Shown here one piece after another: positions 16,240 to 23,245 of a DNA stretch of 23,245 nucleotides. Numbering within the stretch: position 1 is the first letter of the stretch; every line of letters starts with the position of its first letter. The notes beneath the pieces were generated by a model. It was not told the origin of the DNA and made no database searches. It saw nothing but the letters and a program-made list of their open reading frames with translations. The stretch is from positions 1-23,245 of the forward strand of contig JAYZQJ010000026.1 of assembly GCA_036149055.1 (NCBI GenBank), written 5' to 3'. Source of the DNA: Myxococcota bacterium (GTDB taxonomy: Bacteria; Myxococcota_A; Polyangia; Polyangiales; Sandaracinaceae). A program made the translations under genes and the position numbers.

Positions 16240-19109
16240 GTACGCGATCCACGCGCCCAGCTCGGGCGAGCTCGACGGGTCCAACGGAGGTGAGCCTCCA
16301 CCAGGGCGCGCCGCTCGGCCTCGTCCTCCACGTACTGCATGTGGGTCGAGGCGTCGCCCTCGATGGCGGTCAACACGTCGCGCGTCGTGCCGCTGCTCCG
16401 GCTCGACACCCTGAGCTGCGAGGGCGGCTCCTGGAGCACGAAGTCCACGCTCGTGTCGCTCCACCGCGGGGCGCCGAGCGCGACCTCGTTCGCGGGGACG
16501 TCGTAGCCGTAGCTGACCGTCCACTCGACCAGCGCCGAGGCGCCGGCGACGTTGTAGACGTAGTCGCGGAAGGCGTGGTCGACGTCCGCGTCGAAGCGCT
16601 CGACCAGCTCGCCGCTCCGGGTGCGGGCCTCGAGGGTGACCTCCCCCGTGTCGACGTCGAGGCGCTGGCTCGCGTGCGGGAGCACGAACCGCTGCTCCTC
16701 TCCGACCTGCACCACGACCCCGACGCCGAGCCCGTTGTGCACGTGGAGGGTGGCCCCGCCGGTGCTGCCGCCGAGCATCAGCGCCGGGACGAGCACCGCG
16801 CTCGCCACCGCGAAGCGCGCCGTGCCCGGGACCCAGCCGTCGGCGATGACGAAGCGCTCCCACCAGCCGAGCTTCTTCTGCCGCTCTCGCTCCTCGCCGA
16901 CCACGAACGACCGGTACTCGGGCGGCACGAGCGCCGCGGCGGGCGCGGGGCCGGGATCGTCCCCCTCGCGCACGGCGGCGGCGATGCGCTCCTCGACCTC
17001 GAGCAGGGCCTCCAGCGTCACGCCCGCCAGGTGCCTGAACGCGTCGGAGGCGCCGAGGGCCCAGCTGTCCGACGCCTGCAGCCAGTCGCCGAGGTTGGAC
17101 TCGGTGGGCGGCGGGAGCTCGAAGGGGCCGTCGAGGCGCTGCGACCAGCCCTCGACCTCGAGCCGCTCCAGCACCGCGTCGGGGAGGACCACCTGGTCGC
17201 GCTCGGCGAACGCGCGCTCGAGCGGCGCGTAGAGGTCCTCCGCCGCCGACCGCAGGCGGCGCCGCTCGGATCCCGAGACGTGGCCGTCCACGATGACGAT
17301 CGAGAAGACGTGGTGGAGGTAGTCCGCGCCGTCCGCGAGGTTGGCGGAGGTGTGATCGGCGTAGTGCAGCAGGCGCACCAGGCTGACGTGGTGGTCCTCC
17401 CACGCCGGGCCGAGCTGGCGCGCCGCCAGGCGATGCGCGGTCCGGGCGGCGCGGTCGTGGGCCACCACGCGCGCCTCCGCCTCCCGACGCTCCTCCTCGA
17501 CGGACTCGACGACCGCGGCCAGCTTCTTCTTCGGGATCTCGGCGCCGCGGTGATGGATGACGCCGCCGGGCGCGTCCAGCACACCGTCCTGCAGCGCCGT
17601 CAGCATCTGCTTCTCTCGCGTCAGGTCCTTGAAGCTCTCGAGGTCGTGCACGAGCTGCTCGGGGTAGAGCGCGTCCAGCCGCGCGATCACCTCGTCGCGG
17701 TCGAGCTCCTCGTCGCAGTCGTCGAAGCAGTCGCGCACGCCTCGCGCCGACTCCACCACCGACCGCCCGAGGTAGGCGCCGCGGTAGCGCCGGTCGAGCA
17801 TCGGGCGCCCGTAGTCCTCGTCCACCTTGGCGAGCACCTCCTCGATCGGGACCGGCGCGCGCTCGCCCTCGGGGATGACGGTCTCGAGGAAGCGCTCGGT
17901 CACCCGGCGTCGCAGCCCCGGCGCGTCGGTGAAGAGGGCCCAGGCCGGGCGCGGGTCGAGCTTCGAGTCGAGGTAGATCCGCTTGGCGTTGTCCTCGCGC
18001 TCGCGGCTCGGCGGGTGGGTCCACCACATCCGAGGCGGCAGCGCGAGCTCCTGGTCGAACACGCGATGGCCCTCGCGCTGGCGCTCGGGTCGCGCGGGCG
18101 TCTCCCCGAAGGCGGCGTCGTCGAGGATGGCGCGCAGGTGCTCGAGGATGTGTCGCTGGAGGGTGAAGAGGTCGTCGACCTGCCGCTTGCGACCCAGCTC
18201 GCCGATCGCCAGCCGGGAGGCGCGATCCCACGCGTCGTCGGCGGCGCCGAGCTTGTGGAGCGCGTGGATCAGGCTGTCGCTCCCGCTGACCGAGACCGCC
18301 ACCAGGTCGGCCTGCAGCTCCATCTCCCGGCTGAGCGCGCTGTGCGCGTGGATGACGAGGAGGAAGAAGGTGTCGAGCACGGCGCGGAGGGCCCAGACCA
18401 GCAGGCGCAGGATCCAGCCGATCCACGCGATCCGGATGTCGAACCCGCTCAGCCCGTGCAGCATGCGGTCGAGCCACCCGCGGCTGACGATCACGTGCCC
18501 CGCGATCTGGTGCGCGATGTAGACCCACCGGCCGACGGCCATGGTCCGCTGCGCGAAGTGGCCGAACTCGTGGGCCACCACGGCCTTGATCTCGTCGAGC
18601 GACAGCACCTCCACCAGCCCGAGCCCGATCTCGAGGTTCTTGCGCGAGGGCCAGATCAGGTTCCAGAAGGACAGGTCGTAGAAGACCGCGGCGTTGACGC
18701 GCGCGGAGAGGAACACGCGGTGCGGCCGCGGCGCCCCGGTCTCGTCGGCGATGCGGTGCACGAAGCGGAACAGCTCGGGCTGGTCGTCCGGCGTCACCTC
18801 GACCAGGCTCTCGTCCCGCCGGTGCTTCACCAGGAAGAGGCCGCGCACCAGGAAGCCGAAGAAGAGCGCGGGGAGCGCCGCCGCGAGCAGCCCGAAGAAG
18901 GCGCTGCCCCCGGTCACGGCGTCGTAGATCAGCCGGAACGAGAGCCAGCCCAGGTAGACGGTGAGCCCCAGGTAGAGCCCGACGAAGACCACGAGGCCGC
19001 CGAAGGCGAGCCAGGCGCGGCGCTCGTACGCCGGGGTGGGGGCGGTGAGATCCGGGGGGACCTCGCGGGGGTTCGGCGGATAGAGCTCCGCCTGCGTCGC
19101 GATCGGCAT
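16236..19109 (-). CDS. Large M48 (HtpX/Ste24-like) zinc metallopeptidase, apparently truncated by a frameshift near 16281
   Basis: N-terminal TMs, QPELF...IADETGAPRP, VNAAV, AVVAHEFGHF (HExxH), SREMELQAD and THPP...RE. Confidence 0.85.
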   Translation of the reverse strand: MPIATQAELYPPNPREVPPDLTAPTPAYERRAWLAFGGLVVFVGLYLGLTVYLGWLSFRLIYDAVTGGSAFFGLLAAALPALFFGFLVRGLFLVKHRRDESLVEVTPDDQPELFRFVHRIADETGAPRPHRVFLSARVNAAVFYDLSFWNLIWPSRKNLEIGLGLVEVLSLDEIKAVVAHEFGHFAQRTMAVGRWVYIAHQIAGHVIVSRGWLDRMLHGLSGFDIRIAWIGWILRLLVWALRAVLDTFFLLVIHAHSALSREMELQADLVAVSVSGSDSLIHALHKLGAADDAWDRASRLAIGELGRKRQVDDLFTLQRHILEHLRAILDDAAFGETPARPERQREGHRVFDQELALPPRMWWTHPPSREREDNAKRIYLDSKLDPRPAWALFTDAPGLRRRVTERFLETVIPEGERAPVPIEEVLAKVDEDYGRPMLDRRYRGAYLGRSVVESARGVRDCFDDCDEELDRDEVIARLDALYPEQLVHDLESFKDLTREKQMLTALQDGVLDAPGGVIHHRGAEIPKKKLAAVVESVEEERREAEARVVAHDRAARTAHRLAARQLGPAWEDHHVSLVRLLHYADHTSANLADGADYLHHVFSIVIVDGHVSGSERRRLRSAAEDLYAPLERAFAERDQVVLPDAVLERLEVEGWSQRLDGPFELPPPTESNLGDWLQASDSWALGASDAFRHLAGVTLEALLEVEERIAAAVREGDDPGPAPAAALVPPEYRSFVVGEERERQKKLGWWERFVIADGWVPGTARFAVASAVLVPALMLGGSTGGATLHVHNGLGVGVVVQVGEEQRFVLPHASQRLDVDTGEVTLEARTRSGELVERFDADVDHAFRDYVYNVAGASALVEWTVSYGYDVPANEVALGAPRWSDTSVDFVLQEPPSQLRVSSRSSGTTRDVLTAIEGDASTHMQYVEDEAERRALVEAHLRWTRRARPSWARGSRT

Positions 19110-19164
19110 GGTTCCTCGTCCGCGACGCTGAGGGAAGCGCCCTCCGAGCGCAAGCCGCTAGCCC

Positions 19165-19617
19165 TCAAGGTCCGCTGTCGAGCGGGAGCCCGGCGTCCGG
19201 CAGGCCGGTGTCCGGCAGCCCCGTGTCCGGCAGGCCCGTGTCCGGTAAGCCACTGTCGGCCGGGCCGCTGTCGACGCCGGAGTCCCGCACCACCCCCGAG
19301 TCCATCGGGACCCCGGTGTCCATCGGCACCCCGGTGTCCATCGGCGGGCCGCTGTCGGGAGGCGGCGGCCCCCCGTCGATCAGGCCGCCGTCCGGCGCGG
19401 CGCCGTCCATGCCCATCACGCCCGAGTCCATCGTGGGCACCACCCCGCCCTCGAGGCCGGAGAGGTCGGTGGTGCAGGCGCCGCCCACGCACGCGAGGAG
19501 CGGCTCGCACTGCTCGGAGCGGACACACCGCTCGCCCATGCCGCGGAGCTCCGTCTGCGCGCAGCCGGCGAGCATGCCCACCAGCGCCAGGACGCCCCAC
19601 CTCCTCGTGCACCGCAT
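19165..19617 (-). CDS. Small lipoprotein with a 4-Cys module and D(S/T/A/G)G repeat tail, 150 aa
   Basis: From ATG 19617: MRCTRRWGVLALVGMLAGC lipobox, GERCVRSEQCEPLLACVGGAC, then (PMDTGV)n and (LPDTG)n. Confidence 0.75.
   Translation of the reverse strand: MRCTRRWGVLALVGMLAGCAQTELRGMGERCVRSEQCEPLLACVGGACTTDLSGLEGGVVPTMDSGVMGMDGAAPDGGLIDGGPPPPDSGPPMDTGVPMDTGVPMDSGVVRDSGVDSGPADSGLPDTGLPDTGLPDTGLPDAGLPLDSGP
19193..19351. repeat. Coding tandem repeats: 4 x 15 nt (19193-19252) and 3 x 18 nt (19298-19351)
   Basis: gcgtccggcaggccg / gtgtccggcagcccc / gtgtccggcaggccc / gtgtccggtaagcca and gagtccatcgggaccccg / gtgtccatcggcaccccg / gtgtccatcggcgggccg. Confidence 0.85.
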
Positions 19618-19755
19618 GAGGAGAGGGTACGAGAAGGGGGCGACGGTGAGAAGTCCCACCCAAGGTCGGGGTCCGGGCCGGGGTCGGAGTCGCCAGCGGG
19701 CCCGCGAAGCGCCCGGAAACACGAGAGAACCCCATCGACGCGCAGAGTGTGATCG

Positions 19756-19785
19756 TTGACACCCCGGCGAACGGCCCGCTACCCT
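19756..19785 (+). promoter_or_regulatory. Candidate sigma70-type promoter for the gene at 19940
   Basis: Perfect -35 TTGACA (19756-19761), 18-nt spacer, then TACCCT (TAnnnT) at 19780-19785. Confidence 0.55.
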
Positions 19786-19939
19786 TCTTCTCCGGCCCGG
19801 ACGCGGGCCGCCGGATGGGGACCCGGATCGACGATCTGGGCAAAGTCACCGGCACGCCGGCGAAACCCAGTTACAGTGTTGCGGGTCGCCCCCAGCGACT
19901 CCCCCTCCCCAACAGCGATACCAGCGGAGCAGCGGCTAC

Positions 19940-20725
19940 ATGTCTGACCAGAAGGAATCCTCCGTCCTCTTCAACCTCAAGGAGCTGATGAACCTCGAAG
20001 AGGAGCGGATTCACGCCGAGGAAGAAGAGAAGCGTCGCAAGGAGGAAGAGGAGCGCGCCCGCCGCGAAGCCGAGGAGGCCCGCCGCCGTGAGGAGGAGGA
20101 GGCCCGTCGCCGCGCCGAGGAGGAGGCCCGCCTCGCCGAGGAGCGCGCCAAGCGCGACGAGGAAGAGCGCAAGGTCCGCGAGAAGGAGGAGCGCGAGCTC
20201 GCCCTCCGGCTCGAGGCGGAGCAGAAGGCCCGGCTCGCCGAGCAGGAGCGCCTGCTCGCGCACGAGCAGGAGATGAAGCGGATCGAGGCGCAGCGCCGCA
20301 AGGGCGTGCACCCGGCCGTGTTCGCGGTGGTCGCGCTCGTGATCCTGGGCGTCGCCGGCGGGGGCGGCTACGTCTGGTACGCGAAGTCGCAGGAGGCCGA
20401 GCAGCAGCGCATCGCGGCCGAGCAGCGGGCAGCCCGGGCTCGTGAAGAGGCGGAGGCGCGCGCCGAGGCGGCGCGTCAGGCGGCGGCGGACGCCGAGGAG
20501 GCCCGTCAGCAGGCGGCGGCGGCCCAGGCGGCGGCGGCGGCGGCTCAGCAGGCTCAGGCCGAGGAGGCCGAGGAGGAGCAGCAGGCGGCGACCACCCGTC
20601 GCACGCGTCGCGCGGCCCGTCGTCGGGCCGGTGGGGCGGCCCGTCGGAGCGGCCGGAGCGGCGGCGGCGGCGGTGGCGGCGGCGGGAACGACAACGACCC
20701 GCTCGCCGGCCTCGAAGGTCTCTGA
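19940..20725 (+). CDS. Bitopic membrane protein with a long E/R/K-rich helix, TM and A/E/Q-rich helix (TolA-like composition), 261 aa
   Basis: MSDQKESSVLFNLKELMNLEEERI, then about 100 aa of E/R/K/A. TM AVFAVVALVILGVAGGGGYVWY, A/Q/E-rich segment, Arg-rich and poly-Gly linker, and terminal NDNDPLAGLEGL. GGAG upstream. Confidence 0.8.
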   Translation: MSDQKESSVLFNLKELMNLEEERIHAEEEEKRRKEEEERARREAEEARRREEEEARRRAEEEARLAEERAKRDEEERKVREKEERELALRLEAEQKARLAEQERLLAHEQEMKRIEAQRRKGVHPAVFAVVALVILGVAGGGGYVWYAKSQEAEQQRIAAEQRAARAREEAEARAEAARQAAADAEEARQQAAAAQAAAAAAQQAQAEEAEEEQQAATTRRTRRAARRRAGGAARRSGRSGGGGGGGGGNDNDPLAGLEGL

Positions 20726-20751
20726 CCTTCGTCGTCACCCAGCTCGAAACG

Positions 20752-20782
20752 AAGAGCGGAGCCGAGGGGCTCCGCTCTTTTC
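20752..20782 (+). terminator. Intrinsic terminator hairpin
   Basis: AAGAGCGGAGCC-GAGG-GGCTCCGCTCTT, a perfect 12-bp stem running into a T tract, 27 nt after the stop at 20725. Confidence 0.8.
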
Positions 20783-20845
20783 AATTGGGCCCTCCTTCGG
20801 TGGGCCCCGCGCGGCAGGCACAGCGTTTGTGCTAGAGCGCTCCGG

Positions 20846-21541
20846 ATGAAGCCGCGCGACCGCCTGATCTTCGCCCTCGACGTGCCGTCGCTCGAGCGCG
20901 CCCGCCCGCTGCTCGAGACGCTCGGCCCCGAGGTCGGCGTCATGAAGGTGGGGCTCGAGCTCTTCGTGGCCGAGGGCCCGCCGGCGGTGCGCGCGGTGAC
21001 CGACGCCGGCGCCGCGTGCTTCCTGGACCTCAAGCTCTCGGACATCCCGGCCACCGTCGCCGCGGCCACCCGCTCGGCCATCGGGCTCGGCGCCCGCTAC
21101 CTCACGCTCCACGCGTCGGCGGGTCCGGCCGCGCTCGAGGCGGCCGCCCGGGCCGCGGAGGGCAGCGGGACCCAGCTCCTCGCCGTCACCGCCCTGACCA
21201 GCCTCGACGACGCCCAGCTCGGCGCGATCGGCTGGGCCCCCGAGCCGGCGGCGGTGGTCGCTCGGCTGACCGAGCTCGCGCGCGCGGCCGGAATCGACGG
21301 CTTCGTCTGCTCGCCGCGCGAGGCGCCGCTGGTGCGCGAGCGCGCGCCCGACGCGATCATCGTGACCCCCGGGGTGCGACCGGCCGGAGCCGACGTCGGC
21401 GATCAGCGGCGGGTCGCGACCCCCGCCGACGCCGTCGCGGCCGGCGCCGACCTGCTCGTCGTCGGGCGCCCCATCCGCGAGGCCCCCGACCCGGTCGCCG
21501 CGGCTCGCGCCGGCGGGGCCGAGATCGAGGCCGCGTCGTGA
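20846..21541 (+). CDS. pyrF: Orotidine-5'-phosphate decarboxylase
   Basis: LIFALD, KVGLELF, FLDLKLSDIPATV (DxKxxD), LTLHASAG, LLAVTALTS, VCSPRE, VTPGVRP, DQRRVATP and VVGRPI. Confidence 0.96.
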   Translation: MKPRDRLIFALDVPSLERARPLLETLGPEVGVMKVGLELFVAEGPPAVRAVTDAGAACFLDLKLSDIPATVAAATRSAIGLGARYLTLHASAGPAALEAAARAAEGSGTQLLAVTALTSLDDAQLGAIGWAPEPAAVVARLTELARAAGIDGFVCSPREAPLVRERAPDAIIVTPGVRPAGADVGDQRRVATPADAVAAGADLLVVGRPIREAPDPVAAARAGGAEIEAAS

Positions 21542-22254
21542 GCCGCGTGGTCACCGGCGTCCGCGCCGTGCACGAGGCGCTGCGCAGCCGCCGCCCGGTC
21601 CAGGCGGTCTACGTCGCCGCCGACGCGCGCAAGGCCCTCTCGGAGCTCGCCGGCGAGGCGTCCCGGCGCGGGATCCGGGTCGAGGAGCGGAGCCCGGCGG
21701 AGCTCGACGCGCTCGCCGAGGGTCACAAGCACCAGGGCGTCGTCGCGATCACCGGGGAGTTCGTCTACGCGGACTACGACCGGCTGCTCGCCGACGCGCC
21801 CCGCCTCCTGCTCGCCCTCGACCAGGTGACCGACCCGCACAACTTCGGGGCCATCGTGCGCAGCGCGGTGGCGTTCGGCGCGGACGGCATCCTCACGCTC
21901 AAGAAGCGCGCCGCGCCGGTCACCCCGGTGGTGGTGCGCGCGTCGGCCGGCGCGACCGAGCACGCCCGGATCGCCAAGGTGACCAACCTCGCCCGCACGC
22001 TCGCCGATCTGGCGAAGGCCGACTACCAGGTGGTGGGCCTCGACGCGGAGGGGGATCACGACATCGGCGAGCTCCCGGCCGCTCCGTTCGGGCGGGTCCT
22101 GGTGGTGGGCGCGGAGGGCAAGGGGCTGCGGCGCCTGGTCCGAGAGCGCTGCACGCACCTCGCCCGCATCCCCATGGCCGGGCCCGTCGCGTCCCTGAAC
22201 GCGTCGGTCGCCGCGGCCATCGCCCTGTACGCGACGGCTTCGGATCGCGGCTGA
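21538..22254 (+). CDS. rlmB: 23S rRNA (guanosine-2251-2'-O)-methyltransferase RlmB (SPOUT/TrmH family)
   Basis: GTG overlaps the pyrF stop. Motifs GVRAVHEAL, HQGVVA, LDQVTDPHNFGAIVRSA, RASAGA, GAEGKGLRRLV and IPMAGPVASLNASVAA. Confidence 0.92.
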   Translation: MSRVVTGVRAVHEALRSRRPVQAVYVAADARKALSELAGEASRRGIRVEERSPAELDALAEGHKHQGVVAITGEFVYADYDRLLADAPRLLLALDQVTDPHNFGAIVRSAVAFGADGILTLKKRAAPVTPVVVRASAGATEHARIAKVTNLARTLADLAKADYQVVGLDAEGDHDIGELPAAPFGRVLVVGAEGKGLRRLVRERCTHLARIPMAGPVASLNASVAAAIALYATASDRG

Positions 22255-22367
22255 CGCCCGGGCCGCACAGGTGTGCCGCACACCCGGAGCACGCACGATG
22301 CGGGGGGCATCGACGCCGATCCCCCGGGCCCAGGGGGCTGGCACGATGCCTGTAGAGGGGAGCGACC

Positions 22368-23111
22368 ATGGTCCCTGGTCTCCCCCCCTGGTACCTCGCC
22401 TCGGCGCTGCTCCTCTGCGCCGATCCGATGTCCTTCGCGCCCGAAGAAGGCCCGACCCTGTCGCAGGCCCTCGAGGGTGAGATGAGCGTCCCCTACCTCG
22501 AGGTGGTCGCGTCGAGCCCGGTCCCCGCGGGCATCGGCGTCGGCAGCCACTACGGCTGGCGCACCTCGACCCGCACGGGCCGACGCACCTTCCACGCCGG
22601 CGCGGACTTCCTCGCCGGCCGCGGCACCCCGGTCTACGCGGTCCGCGAGGGTGTGGTCGAGTCGGTCGCCGTCGAGGGCGCCCGCACCCGGCGGTTCTCC
22701 GGCTACGGCAACGCCGTCGTCGTCCGCCACGAGGACACCGGCGAGTGGTCCTTCTACGCCCACCTCGGCGAGGTGTCGGTCGAGGAGGGCGACGTCGTCG
22801 TCCCCGGCCAGCAGCTCGGCCTGGTCGGCAACACCACCAACGGCCGCTTCCCCGGCATGGTGCCCCACCTCCACTTCGAGGTCCGCGAGGCCACCCCCGA
22901 GGGCGAGTCGCCCTTCCCCGGCCCCTACCGCCGCTACAACCTCGACCCCGAGGAGTGGCTCGCCGAGCTGGGCGTCCGCTACCACCACGACCACGAAGAC
23001 GAGGACTGCGTGGTTCACGGCGAAGGCGAGGCGCCGGCCCCGATCCTGGTCGTCCGCGCCGCCGAGCCCACCCTCGTCGCGGACAACCACTTCGGCGCCG
23101 CCGCGTTCTGA
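22368..23111 (+). CDS. M23 family metallopeptidase (putative peptidoglycan hydrolase), 247 aa
   Basis: SHYGWR...FHAGADF (HxxxD), GTPVYAV, GYGNAVVVRH, FYAHL, GDVV..GQQLGLVGNT and PHLHFEV (HxH). GGGGAG RBS. Confidence 0.9.
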   Translation: MVPGLPPWYLASALLLCADPMSFAPEEGPTLSQALEGEMSVPYLEVVASSPVPAGIGVGSHYGWRTSTRTGRRTFHAGADFLAGRGTPVYAVREGVVESVAVEGARTRRFSGYGNAVVVRHEDTGEWSFYAHLGEVSVEEGDVVVPGQQLGLVGNTTNGRFPGMVPHLHFEVREATPEGESPFPGPYRRYNLDPEEWLAELGVRYHHDHEDEDCVVHGEGEAPAPILVVRAAEPTLVADNHFGAAAF

Positions 23112-23118
23112 GCTCTTC

Positions 23119-23240
23119 GGAGGGTTTGGGGCAAACCCTCCCCCCATTGGGCAAAGCGCCAATGGGGCCCCCCTCCCGACTCCGTCGGCGCCTCGCGCTT
23201 CGCGCTCGCGCCGCGACCCCAGCGACGGGGCGCTGGGGGC
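23119..23240. repeat. Cluster of adjacent palindromes (REP-like or structured element, runs to the window edge)
   Basis: GGAGGGTTTG-GGG-CAAACCCTCC (23119-23141), CCCCATTGG-N8-CCAATGGGG (23142-23167), CCGAC-TCC-GTCGG and CCCCAGCG-ACGGGG-CGCTGGGG. Confidence 0.6.
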
Positions 23241-23245
23241 CCTGC

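Noticed and set aside
19193..19260. LPDTG repeats resembling LPxTG sortase signals
   Set aside because: No TM or basic tail follows, the protein is a lipoprotein in a diderm-type gene context, and the motif is part of the DxG low-complexity repeat.
19193..19351. Short direct repeats as a possible CRISPR array
   Set aside because: The repeats are adjacent with no spacers, are multiples of 3, vary at codon third positions, and no cas gene is present.
13250..19619. Very long alternative-frame ORFs (13250..16252 -, 16290..19619 +, most of 15289..18528 -, and similar ones elsewhere)
   Set aside because: They are R/G/P/A-rich or antisense shadows of well-supported genes, as expected from stop-codon scarcity at high GC.
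20816..20830. Sigma54-like AGGCAC-N5-TTGT upstream of pyrF
   Set aside because: It mismatches at both elements, including the conserved -12 GC, and is weak evidence for a housekeeping gene.
21019..21060. PyrF motif DLKLSDIPATV instead of the common DLKxHDIPNTV
   Set aside because: The catalytic D-K-D residues are intact, so this is most likely ordinary variation.

Overview
Very GC-rich, densely coding bacterial chromosomal segment. Gene content points to a myxobacterium, probably Polyangiales/Sandaracinaceae-like (inference from the Myxococcus-type Cys-rich repeat, GYF/TonB-C-like proteins and DSG/DTG-linker lipoprotein). About 21 CDS. Recognisable genes: metal-dependent hydrolase with a divergent AraC regulator, two DUF4331-type secreted proteins, a Cys-repeat lipoprotein, a GT-C-like membrane protein, a DeaD-like DEAD-box helicase, glutamate dehydrogenase, a large frameshifted M48 peptidase, pyrF, rlmB and an M23 peptidase. 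The most notable feature is a + strand cluster at 10536-14035. It holds a TonB-C/AgmX-like lipoprotein, a Ser/Thr pseudokinase fused to GYF_2-like, TM and TonB-C/AgmX-like domains, and a translationally coupled SctJ/YscJ-type ring lipoprotein with no other T3SS or flagellar gene in the window. No rRNA, tRNA, CRISPR array or transposase was seen. All family calls come from motif recognition by eye; no database searches were run.
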